Virus record (IMG/VR): IMGVR_UViG_3300027498_000003
Location: 60,637 to 124,636 of that record
Length of the DNA stretch: 64,000 bases
Source of the DNA: a virus
Direction: 5' to 3' (one strand)
Part shown: piece after piece, positions 26,895 through 35,811 of the stretch
Layout: each line of letters starts with the position of its first letter
Position numbering within the stretch: position 1 is the stretch's first letter
Position numbers and translations under genes: made by a program
Notes under the pieces: model-generated
Database searches by the model: none
What the model saw: only the letters and a program-made list of their open reading frames with translations
What the model was told of the DNA's origin: nothing

Positions 26895-29800
26895 TTAGTA
26901 TGCCCAGTTTATTTCTATCTCTGAGAACGAAGTTATTGTTGCTGCCTCTCCTGTTAATGGATTGACAACATCAGCAGTTATGTTAATTGGGTATATGCCT
27001 GGGCCTGGGAAACATACGACATTATCTAATCTCACTCTACGTCTTGAATCATCTCCTATTGTCGCGCCGTCTGTAGATATGTCTCCTGTATTACCTGCAC
27101 CACCGATCGTGTATGTTGAATTTGTAATTTGCCAATCATTTAAATTGCTATTACCATTGTTTTCAGCAATCCACAATTCCAATCTGTCTAAACAAAAATC
27201 ATTACAAGAAGTGGGGGTGTAGTTCACTCTTCTCGCCTCTACGCCTATAGCAACTCTGTCAGGACCTACTCCGTAGTAAGCCTCTCTATACAAATCTATT
27301 TTACCAATTAAACCATTAATTCTATCATTATCAAACTGCTCTATACAACCTGCGCCTGTGTTACTTTGTATATCAACTATACGTCCTACAGTTTCAATAA
27401 AAACTGGTGCAAGAGGAGGGAAAGGGCTTGCCGTAGTTTGATAATTTTCACAACCTGTTATACTGTAATTCGATAATAAGTTGTCGGCAGCTCCATTAAC
27501 CCCTTCAGTATTTATAAAGACATGTATAGGATCACCGGCAACTGGGTATTCCCTAATTTCTGCATCAAAATTTGATGTTTTACCAAGGGGTATTTTGCAT
27601 ATTTCAGATATATTGTCAGGATTAACTGACTCTATAGGACACGTTGTCGATCCTTGTCCCCCCACAAAAATGTGAGTTTCAAGCTCTTGTGCAAATGTTC
27701 TGCTATCTAATGCCCTTGTAGTGATTGGCGTATTACCGTTTATGCTACTTTGGCCTGTCGCAGCGTATATGTTGCCTGTTGCATTAGCCCAATCTCTCTT
27801 ATTGAAAGAGAAAGATAATCCATTTCCAAAATCTCCTGTTGGAGAGAAGTTAGTTATAGATAAGCCATCTGTCCTATCTGAGGCATAATCTGCGCTACAA
27901 AGAGTCCCTGTTATAGTTTCCCATAAAGTGCCCTCCTCTAAAAACACTTCAAATCTAAATGGCTCTCCGCAAGCTACTAAAGCTCCTGAAGGTGCTTTTA
28001 CATATGATTGACTTCCTGTCGCCGCCACTCCTGTAGTTCCGTTGGTTTCCTCCCAAGCTAACCTTGCCTCTGGATTTTGATTTTCATTAAGTACATTTAT
28101 ATCTGCATCTGAAGTAGAGTTAGGTCCGTTGACTCCATCATTCCCCACTGCTGTTACGACATTTGGTATAAACTCAAATCCTGTTGAATCTGGATCAACT
28201 TGCACAACTACGTCTATTGATTCACAATCTCCCGGAGCTAATGGCCCTGCAAAAGTCCATGTTAATCTAGTTCCTAACGGGTCTATAGCCGTTGTTACAT
28301 TTCCTCCTGCTGCCGTTCCTCCATCATCTGAAGTATAGATCAAAGGTGATTTCAATACATCTGAAGTAGTTATATCTGTTATTGGTCCTGAAGCTGCTGG
28401 CTCATTACACACGGTTATTGTATAAGTAAATGTATCTCCTGCAGCAACTGTACCAGCCTTTACATCATTTGTCTTATCTACTCTTATTTCTCCTATAGGA
28501 GGTGGTGTGAACGTAAAGAGGTCAGTTACTGTGTTTGATATAGTACCGTCTGGGCATTTAATACATGTCTGGATTCCCTCAGCGATTGCTTTACTACAAT
28601 CGGTAGGTCTAACATAAGCTTTTCCGTCGCCTGTTAACGCTACTAACTCTAAATTAGTAGGATTGTCTATGCCTTTTAACACATAGGTTCCATTTCCACT
28701 TGATATTAAATTACCATCTTCATCATAAGTTTCACAAGGGGTGTCATTTGTACTTAAATCAAATACTTGAACTCCACAATTAGACTCCATCTCAAAAGTT
28801 TCACCTGCCTCAGACGTTATAGTTGTTGTACATGCTGGTACGCACCATTCTGCTACGGTTCCGTCTACTGCTGTGTGTGTGAGTGTTTTTGTTCCATCCT
28901 CATTATTTACTACTTCTACTGAATCTGTTCCTACACAAGCTATGACATCTTCGCAAGAAACAAACGTCCCTCCATCACTTCCTATAGTTGCCAAGTTATC
29001 TTCATCAGTTGATGTTACTGTAATATCTACTGTATGATTCGCTGGTCCACTTTGATTTACCCCTGTTGTATCCCCATCTGTAGTAACTACTAAATCAGTT
29101 TCTGGTGGTACTGTAAAAGTGGTTTTGTTCCCTTGAGGGTCTGTTATTATTAAAGTAGTCGGATCGTTAGGGTCTATTATTACGCAACATCCGTTAACTA
29201 TGAATGGATCCGCCGGTGACCCTGTGCCTGTTATAACTACGTTATTTCCTTGTTGTATCGCGGTGACAATTGGGTACACGCTCTCTACTCCCTCCGCATC
29301 AATTATGGTAAGCTCACCTGTAGTTGGGTCGAAACTGCTGCAGCATCCATTTACAATGTAAGGATCTGCAGATGTACCAGTTCCTGTTATCGTAATGTTA
29401 TTGCCCGGTGTAACTGGGGTTATATTGCCTACTGGCACGCATACCACGTTCTCTGTAACTATTGATCCAGTGATGTTATCTACTAAATCAAAGCAGATCT
29501 GAGGATTTGCCGGGTCTGAGTTATCTGGCTTAGGTACGCATTTTAGATCGGTATCTAAGTCTCTTAAACATTCTCTTAATTCTGTTAGGCTAATTCCCTT
29601 TATCTCTACGCTACATGCTATGTCACATCCTGAGCAATCTGTAAATTCCAGGTTTGTCTCTATCTTAAACGGCGCGAGAGAGTCATCTTCTACAATGAAG
29701 CACACCTCTAAAGTTTCCTCGGCACCACAATCCACATCGATATTTCTCCACTCGGTCGTTCCTTGCGTATACGATCCTACTGAAGGATTACTAACTGTGC

Positions 29801-29954
29801 TTGGGTCGATAGCCAGGCCAGGAGGAAGAGTCCAAGTAAATGCGGCTCCAGTTATAGGCGCACCATTACTCGGTGCCTTAATTGTAAAAGGGTGACAAAA
29901 AATGCCACCTGTTTTTATTATACCGTTATATACTGTTGGGGTGCACTTTGCCAT
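26895..29954 (-). CDS. Putative tail fibre/adhesin with DUF11-like Ig domains, 1019 aa
   Basis: IRVDKT...VAAGDTFTYTITVCN...DITTSDVL...LTWTF..PLAPGD...V.V.V matches the DUF11 pattern. Two GNN.(T/V)ITG.G(T/S)..DP(Y/F)IVNGCC repeats. Confidence 0.6.
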   Translation of the reverse strand: MAKCTPTVYNGIIKTGGIFCHPFTIKAPSNGAPITGAAFTWTLPPGLAIDPSTVSNPSVGSYTQGTTEWRNIDVDCGAEETLEVCFIVEDDSLAPFKIETNLEFTDCSGCDIACSVEIKGISLTELRECLRDLDTDLKCVPKPDNSDPANPQICFDLVDNITGSIVTENVVCVPVGNITPVTPGNNITITGTGTSADPYIVNGCCSSFDPTTGELTIIDAEGVESVYPIVTAIQQGNNVVITGTGSPADPFIVNGCCVIIDPNDPTTLIITDPQGNKTTFTVPPETDLVVTTDGDTTGVNQSGPANHTVDITVTSTDEDNLATIGSDGGTFVSCEDVIACVGTDSVEVVNNEDGTKTLTHTAVDGTVAEWCVPACTTTITSEAGETFEMESNCGVQVFDLSTNDTPCETYDEDGNLISSGNGTYVLKGIDNPTNLELVALTGDGKAYVRPTDCSKAIAEGIQTCIKCPDGTISNTVTDLFTFTPPPIGEIRVDKTNDVKAGTVAAGDTFTYTITVCNEPAASGPITDITTSDVLKSPLIYTSDDGGTAAGGNVTTAIDPLGTRLTWTFAGPLAPGDCESIDVVVQVDPDSTGFEFIPNVVTAVGNDGVNGPNSTSDADINVLNENQNPEARLAWEETNGTTGVAATGSQSYVKAPSGALVACGEPFRFEVFLEEGTLWETITGTLCSADYASDRTDGLSITNFSPTGDFGNGLSFSFNKRDWANATGNIYAATGQSSINGNTPITTRALDSRTFAQELETHIFVGGQGSTTCPIESVNPDNISEICKIPLGKTSNFDAEIREYPVAGDPIHVFINTEGVNGAADNLLSNYSITGCENYQTTASPFPPLAPVFIETVGRIVDIQSNTGAGCIEQFDNDRINGLIGKIDLYREAYYGVGPDRVAIGVEARRVNYTPTSCNDFCLDRLELWIAENNGNSNLNDWQITNSTYTIGGAGNTGDISTDGATIGDDSRRRVRLDNVVCFPGPGIYPINITADVVNPLTGEAATITSFSEIEINWAY

Positions 29955-29956
29955 AA

Positions 29957-30430
29957 TTACTTAGTTAAACTTTTTGTACAATCTAATCCTTGATCAAAAC
30001 ATTCTTGTATTTGCTTGCAGGATATTCCTGCTGATATTTTAGTCAATTGGCTTGCCATAAATAGCAAACACTGCTCTTCATCCATCTGAGTAATAGTTAC
30101 CGTCGTCGGGAATACACACTCATTGGTTACTCTTAAATTCAAAGTACCTTCTAATGCTTCATCAGAGCATTGGGTCCCTACTTCTATTGTCTCTGTGTTA
30201 GCATTATAACTACCAATTGATAGCGTGGAGCTTACGTATTCCAATCCCCCTAAATTTACCACATAGCTGACCCCATCTACGCAGGTCTTCGCTACGTCAC
30301 AAGCCACACCCTCCTCGTTCTCGGCAGATCCTATGCCAAAGTACTTTATAGGGACACTTATGATGTCGCCGCATTTAGCAAAATCTAAATGGATGCTTGG
30401 CTGCTGGTATGGTGCTGGTGTCTGTATCAT
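29957..30430 (-). CDS. Small DUF11-like structural protein, 157 aa
   Basis: GGLEYVSSTLSIGSYNANT..IEVG resembles the DUF11 core. Confidence 0.35.
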   Translation of the reverse strand: MIQTPAPYQQPSIHLDFAKCGDIISVPIKYFGIGSAENEEGVACDVAKTCVDGVSYVVNLGGLEYVSSTLSIGSYNANTETIEVGTQCSDEALEGTLNLRVTNECVFPTTVTITQMDEEQCLLFMASQLTKISAGISCKQIQECFDQGLDCTKSLTK

Positions 30431-31009
30431 TTAAGAAATACTTACGTCATTTGGACAATTATCAATCTTCTGCTTAGTAGAAACCTTTCTTTTTGTTGCT
30501 ACTGGGGGCCTACCTATTATAGGTCGGACTCTCACGATTTTATCTTTAACAACAGGCTTAACTGGATTTTCGTAACATATCTGCTCCTCGATAATCACTC
30601 CGCACTCCTCTGCTGGCGGATCCACCTCAACTTCTGGGCATGGTTTCTTTTTAACTTCGATCGTTATTGATGCGATGTTGTTCCCAGTGTCTTCTGTGGT
30701 ACTGGTATATCCTGTTACAGAGTAAGTACCAGATACTATCGTTAAGTCAGTTACGCATGCCTGCCATTGTACGGTGAAAGTCTGATCTGGGTCTTTACAG
30801 TCTTTGTCTCCTATAATCCAAGCAGGCTGACCTTCGGGGCCTAATCCGAATGTAGTACTATTGCCATATACATCCTGAGGGTTGCCTAAGAATGACACAT
30901 CTGCGCCCGGTATGTCAGGCAGCTCAAGCATTACGCCCTTTACGCATTCCTCCAGCCTTATTGTGTTGCTGAATGTTTGGCAGTCTCCTATAGTTGTAAA
31001 TATTGTCAT
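30431..31009 (-). CDS. Hypothetical structural protein (probable start MTIFTT at 31009; track ORF extends to 31102)
   Basis: TAATG stop/start overlap with the upstream gene at 31007-31011 favours the shorter start. Confidence 0.55.
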   Translation of the reverse strand: MTIFTTIGDCQTFSNTIRLEECVKGVMLELPDIPGADVSFLGNPQDVYGNSTTFGLGPEGQPAWIIGDKDCKDPDQTFTVQWQACVTDLTIVSGTYSVTGYTSTTEDTGNNIASITIEVKKKPCPEVEVDPPAEECGVIIEEQICYENPVKPVVKDKIVRVRPIIGRPPVATKRKVSTKQKIDNCPNDVSIS

Positions 31010-31545
31010 TACTTTACTATTATTTGGCCTGAAGTATTCTGAGTCTCTCCTACTATTATTGCTCCCGGCTTTGGTATACATAAGCCTGTACACGGATCGC
31101 ACTTCTCACAAGTTTCATCACAGTTCACACATTTGCATATATCTTCTATGTACGGTGTGATACAGAAATAGACTGTTCTTGTTACTCCGTCCTTGCCTTT
31201 GCAACATGCTTCTATGACAATATCTGAATAGCGATTGGGTTGATCTCCTACTGTAATAAAGCTTAATTCTGTTCCTGTAATCTCTGGATTAGCAAACATC
31301 GTAGAATCATAGGACTCTACTGAGTATGATATTTCTCCTTCGCATACACATGAATCTAATATAAGAGTTGAAAAGTCTACGGATTTAGAATCTCCGCAAG
31401 GTTTAAGAGGGTTGTCAGGATCAGAAGGTACTGTTCCGTCGCATATGTTAAGGCATGAGCATTTCTCTGCCTTAGGAGGGCATGGTGACGATTTACTTGA
31501 GCAAATCGATATACAAAAACAAGGGTCTATTTTCTCGTATGCCAT
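31009..31545 (-). CDS. Cys-rich Ig/cadherin-like structural protein, 178 aa
   Basis: Operon position; beta-sandwich-like core flanked by Cys clusters. Confidence 0.45.
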   Translation of the reverse strand: MAYEKIDPCFCISICSSKSSPCPPKAEKCSCLNICDGTVPSDPDNPLKPCGDSKSVDFSTLILDSCVCEGEISYSVESYDSTMFANPEITGTELSFITVGDQPNRYSDIVIEACCKGKDGVTRTVYFCITPYIEDICKCVNCDETCEKCDPCTGLCIPKPGAIIVGETQNTSGQIIVK

Positions 31546-31554
31546 TTTCTATTT

Positions 31555-32058
31555 TTAACAACATTTGTCGCAACTCTCCATAGATAGATCTTCATCTAAA
31601 GAACTATACAACTCTTTCACTCTTTCAGTCAGTCCCAACTTAGCGCTGGCTTTAACCTCTTTCATCCTCCCCCAAAATTCTGTTTTACCTTGAGCCGTAA
31701 GCTGGGTAATAGAACATAACATTTGAGGAGCTATAAGTTCTGTCTTAGTGAACTCCGTATCCCCCCACTCCCCGTTTTCGCATGATTTACATGCCTTTGC
31801 TTGTATGCAGTATATCCCATCTTCAATGCAGCCAGATACTCCTAAATCTGAATTAGTTATAATCGTAGATCCTGTTGGATTTACTTTTAGAGTAATTGGC
31901 TGGTCACTATCTGGAGCTGTGATGTATATTTCGTGCTCATCGGGGATAGTATAGTTTCCCTCAGTTTGCCACGTAGAAAGATGCACAAACTCTAATGTCT
32001 TTACATCGAGAGTATTTATCTTAAAATCAAAGTCTCCTTTTATACAGCTGCATGCCAC
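31555..32058 (-). CDS. Putative tail hub protein, 167 aa
   Basis: DLG....IEDGIYCI motif and position after the auxiliary capsid gene, as in crAss-like phages. Confidence 0.5.
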   Translation of the reverse strand: MACSCIKGDFDFKINTLDVKTLEFVHLSTWQTEGNYTIPDEHEIYITAPDSDQPITLKVNPTGSTIITNSDLGVSGCIEDGIYCIQAKACKSCENGEWGDTEFTKTELIAPQMLCSITQLTAQGKTEFWGRMKEVKASAKLGLTERVKELYSSLDEDLSMESCDKCC

Positions 32059-32065
32059 TGTTTAA

Positions 32066-32284
32066 TTATTTTACTCCTCCTTCACAAGGTGGTAAAGCTT
32101 TAAAATCTGCTATAGGTAAAGTCTTTACTACTCCGCCCTCTACATAGATAGCCACGGTTTCGCCTGTACATCGATCCTTAATAGTATAGGCCTTTCCGCA
32201 AGTAGAGCAGCCACATGGCTTACATTTCTTGTAGAGCCCTTCTAAAGCTTCTATGGCTAATTCTTTTATTGTACCTCCTAACAT
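32066..32284 (-). CDS. Small Cys-rich virion protein, 72 aa
   Basis: CKPCGCSTCG cluster; tightly packed in the operon. Confidence 0.5.
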   Translation of the reverse strand: MLGGTIKELAIEALEGLYKKCKPCGCSTCGKAYTIKDRCTGETVAIYVEGGVVKTLPIADFKALPPCEGGVK

Positions 32285-32312
32285 GGTTATCTATGTTTAA
32301 CTGTTTAGTTAT

Positions 32313-34010
32313 TTACTCCTTCTCTTCCTCCGGCGGGCACTCTTCGATAGCTTCTGCACACGTCCCTATCTTAGGTACATGACACTTGGTAGCTGAAGAC
32401 TCTGCTAATGCTGTGAAGAATAGTTCTAAAGCTTCTCCGGCAACTGGATGATCTTTATCTACTCCCCATATTGTCTCATAGACGCACACTTGCGGAGTTT
32501 TACCATCTTCGGCCATAGTGCTTCTCTTATTCCTCCACTCATATCTGCAATACTTGCTACTGCACTTAGCACATGTGGCAGCGTTTCTCTCTCTGCCGTA
32601 CTTATCTTTTCTGAGATCACCATGGTATCCCTCTCTTTCTGAGTCATTATTCCACCATTCGCCTTCCGCTTCTCGATTAGCCTCTTCCCATCTCATTATC
32701 CCTCCAGACCCTGTTGGAATCTTAGGCTCCATCAACTCTCTTCCGTATGATACGATGCCGCAGTTGGTGGGGTCCCCTTTAAGTAGTTCAACTTTAAGAA
32801 ATCTTAGGAATGTATCTGGCGGTGGGTCACTTGGTCCACAAGGACAATCACATTCGAATTTATCCTGATCAGCAACCCAAATAATTCCGCAGCAAACTTT
32901 ATTCTCTGCAACAATCGCTTCTACGCATCCTCCGCCTTCACAATCTTTATACCCTGGCTTATCTTTCTTTGTGAAAGGCTCATCAACTTTCAATACATCA
33001 CATGGCTCCAATCCTGCAATAGCAAAACCCTCGTCACAAGTATTGACCATCAGCTGCCTTGGGCAGCAGTCATCTGTTCCTCCAGAAACAAAAGCTGTAC
33101 CACTGTGGGGGCCTAAGATCTCTTTGAACTTACAATTGATTTGGTCTACAATTGTATCTAACTGACCTAAGAATGTTTTATCTCCGGCTGCGTTAGTAGT
33201 ATTCTCAAGTACTACAGTTTCACCGCCTATGGTTACTTCTGTGATTGCAGCAATAGAGTTACAATCATCACAAGAGCACTCTTCTTTGGTCGGCGCAAGG
33301 CAATACACTGGGAAGTAGCAGTTGGCTACCATCCAAGTTACGTTAGTCTTCTCTGTAGGGCATACCGTTTTTATTCCTGGATATCCTATTCCATTATCTC
33401 CTGCGGTTTTTATATTACCCATCAGTTGATCTACCAAATTCATCATTGGTTTCTGGCAACCTCCTTCTCCTGGGCAATCATCACATCCTTGGCAGCATTC
33501 TACAGGTGCAGACGCTTCGTATATCTCATAACCTCTCTCTTCTTCGTCCATCCATGAAGCTATCCTATTATCATGCTTCTTAGCTCTAATAGAAATAGTA
33601 TCTCCGCATTCGAAGCATCCATCGATACCTACATAGCCTATCTGAGGTTGTGGGCATGAATATCCTGTAACATCGATATTGACTAAATCACAAGCAGTCA
33701 TATACTCTCCCGCGATATACCTGATGCCGTTAGCATAATTCTTACCGTACTGAGATTCAAGTTGACCTATAAATATCTGCTCGTCTGTAAGATTCGGTAT
33801 GTCGGTATGGTCGATAGTTGTATACGTATCTCCGTCATAGATGTAAGAGATCCACTGACCCACTTCTCCGGGAAGTACATACTCAGAATCCGCACAATCA
33901 CCTTCGACGCACGGCCAAAGCTCTATGCCTCTTTCTACGAAAGGTAAATCCTTGCATGAGACTAGTACTTTATTTCCTATCTCTGGGGTTACTGTCTTTA
34001 ATGACTGCAT
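32313..34010 (-). CDS. Auxiliary capsid/structural protein (crAss-like), unusually Cys-rich, 565 aa
   Basis: Third gene after the MCP as in crAss-like phages; PTGSGG.MRWEE near the C-terminus. Confidence 0.5.
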   Translation of the reverse strand: MQSLKTVTPEIGNKVLVSCKDLPFVERGIELWPCVEGDCADSEYVLPGEVGQWISYIYDGDTYTTIDHTDIPNLTDEQIFIGQLESQYGKNYANGIRYIAGEYMTACDLVNIDVTGYSCPQPQIGYVGIDGCFECGDTISIRAKKHDNRIASWMDEEERGYEIYEASAPVECCQGCDDCPGEGGCQKPMMNLVDQLMGNIKTAGDNGIGYPGIKTVCPTEKTNVTWMVANCYFPVYCLAPTKEECSCDDCNSIAAITEVTIGGETVVLENTTNAAGDKTFLGQLDTIVDQINCKFKEILGPHSGTAFVSGGTDDCCPRQLMVNTCDEGFAIAGLEPCDVLKVDEPFTKKDKPGYKDCEGGGCVEAIVAENKVCCGIIWVADQDKFECDCPCGPSDPPPDTFLRFLKVELLKGDPTNCGIVSYGRELMEPKIPTGSGGIMRWEEANREAEGEWWNNDSEREGYHGDLRKDKYGRERNAATCAKCSSKYCRYEWRNKRSTMAEDGKTPQVCVYETIWGVDKDHPVAGEALELFFTALAESSATKCHVPKIGTCAEAIEECPPEEEKE

Positions 34011-34018
34011 ATCTTTAC

Positions 34019-34744
34019 TTATTTATAAATGCTATTATTTGTTATTATTTCCTTCAGCTTTAATTCGCTGAACTGTACTTCGTTGTTTGCTACTGCTGCG
34101 TGGTATATTGCTACATCCACTATCTTGTGTCCTAAAGGTTCGCAAGCGTCTAAATCATGGGGCGTGATTAGTTGTCCATCCCAATCTTTAGCAGCTACTC
34201 CTGAGCAATCATCTAAATCAGATAATTGTATAGGCTTTATCTTTCTATAGTATCTAAGATTTACGCAGTCTATGTCAAATGCACAATCATGATAGATCAC
34301 GGCGCCTTGCTTTGTATCTTGAGCAATTACGTTTTCTTTGAAGAAATCCGATTTTCTATGTGGATTTTTTCTAGCAGAATCAAGCTCATCATGCTGCGGG
34401 AACCAAGCATCAATACGTTTATTGATTCCTGGGCAACAACTGTTGGTGACATTTACTTCTAAACTATTTCTATAATAAAAATCTTTTGGATAAGTAATCT
34501 CGCAACAATTGCTATCTAATTTCTTACATTTCAAAGGTTTCTTCGGCTCCGACAATAAGTGCCTAAGAAGGTTGTTTATGGTTTGGTTCTGTCCTTGTTC
34601 TTCTATTAAGTGAGTTACTATATCCCAGTAACTTTTATTAAAGAACATGGCTACTTCTAAAGCTCTATAGTCCTTTGTTTTGCCGGACATTAAAGCTCCT
34701 CTTCTCAGAAGAAACTCCGTGAAGAGTTTATTTCTGCTTACCAT
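34019..34744 (-). CDS. Ring / head-tail connector protein, 241 aa
   Basis: Synteny; RKNPHRKSDF...IYH...F.IDCVNLRYYRK pattern typical of crAss-like ring proteins. Confidence 0.6.
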   Translation of the reverse strand: MVSRNKLFTEFLLRRGALMSGKTKDYRALEVAMFFNKSYWDIVTHLIEEQGQNQTINNLLRHLLSEPKKPLKCKKLDSNCCEITYPKDFYYRNSLEVNVTNSCCPGINKRIDAWFPQHDELDSARKNPHRKSDFFKENVIAQDTKQGAVIYHDCAFDIDCVNLRYYRKIKPIQLSDLDDCSGVAAKDWDGQLITPHDLDACEPLGHKIVDVAIYHAAVANNEVQFSELKLKEIITNNSIYK

Positions 34745-35789
34745 ATAGCTCGTCGATGACCGTTGTCACCTCGTCTTTTATTTTCTTGAACTTCGCCTCA
34801 TTTAAAGGTGATGCAAAGTATTTGAATAGTTCAAAATCATTACTTACGTCGTCAATAACTTCCTCACTGTAAGCCCATGAATACTCTTCGTTTGCTTTTA
34901 CTATTCTATTATAGTCTAAAGCTTGGTTAACGATATCAAACTTCTTAAGATCCTCTATTTTGCACTTAGAAAACAACACCCACTGTTTAATCGATCGGTT
35001 TTGATACCTGTGCATCATTGAGTTCTTATTGATGATCTCATTCATCGCCGCAGCTCGAATCTCATCTAAGTTATTCTCACCGTCCTCTTCGTAACCCACT
35101 AAGGACATCAATTTTGCTATAAGCTTAAGTCTCGTGCCCTTGAGGCCTGTCTTAGGATGAAGCATGCTCGCTGCTTCTATACTTAAGTTCGCTTTTTCCA
35201 CTTTCTTCTTACTTTCCATTTCTGGCGAGTAGAGAAGGAACTTAGGAGTAGATCTTACGTATTTATCTATGTCCTGGTCTACAGGATCCACGTCTGGATC
35301 GTATAAAAGACCATAGTATAGCATCCGATCATAAGGGTCTGACATATTCAAAAGGAGCTCTCCTCCTTTCATTTCTCTTCGACACCTTTCATCCTTGATA
35401 GTTGCTATCTGTGAAAAAAAAGGGCCTGGGTACTGCGCTGTGTCTACTTCTTCTGACTTTATGTACTGATTCTCTTTGGGATGGCCTTCTGGATAAGTTA
35501 GTTTTAAATAGTCAATGGCTTCGTCTAAAGGCTTTCTATCTGGGCATAGCCAATAGCTTCTATCTTGCTTACTATAAGTCAACCCCATATCATGGGTTTG
35601 ATGAGGGAAATATTCCTCTATAAAATCTTCAGCAGTCTCTTCATTGTCCACACCTTCGCCCAACTCTATACCTCCGTTCTCCATATCTGATTCAGATCTA
35701 AGAACTTTTATCTGCTTGATACCCACACTTTCCAGTGTTTGAGCAAGTTTTACTTTGGCGAGTCCGCTTGTTATTAATTCTAATTCCAT
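34728..35789 (-). CDS. Conserved crAss-like protein immediately downstream of the MCP, 353 aa
   Basis: Synteny; LLLNMSDPYDRMLY motif. Confidence 0.5.
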   Translation of the reverse strand: MELELITSGLAKVKLAQTLESVGIKQIKVLRSESDMENGGIELGEGVDNEETAEDFIEEYFPHQTHDMGLTYSKQDRSYWLCPDRKPLDEAIDYLKLTYPEGHPKENQYIKSEEVDTAQYPGPFFSQIATIKDERCRREMKGGELLLNMSDPYDRMLYYGLLYDPDVDPVDQDIDKYVRSTPKFLLYSPEMESKKKVEKANLSIEAASMLHPKTGLKGTRLKLIAKLMSLVGYEEDGENNLDEIRAAAMNEIINKNSMMHRYQNRSIKQWVLFSKCKIEDLKKFDIVNQALDYNRIVKANEEYSWAYSEEVIDDVSNDFELFKYFASPLNEAKFKKIKDEVTTVIDELYGKQK

Positions 35790-35811
35790 GATATATTTCC
35801 CCCCTTTTTTA

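Noticed and set aside
343-34462. Dozens of plus-strand ORFs of 60-196 aa in the track
   Set aside because: They lie antisense to long, motif-bearing minus-strand genes and read as shadow frames (Ser/Pro/Val-rich because of the Cys/Gly/Thr codons on the other strand).
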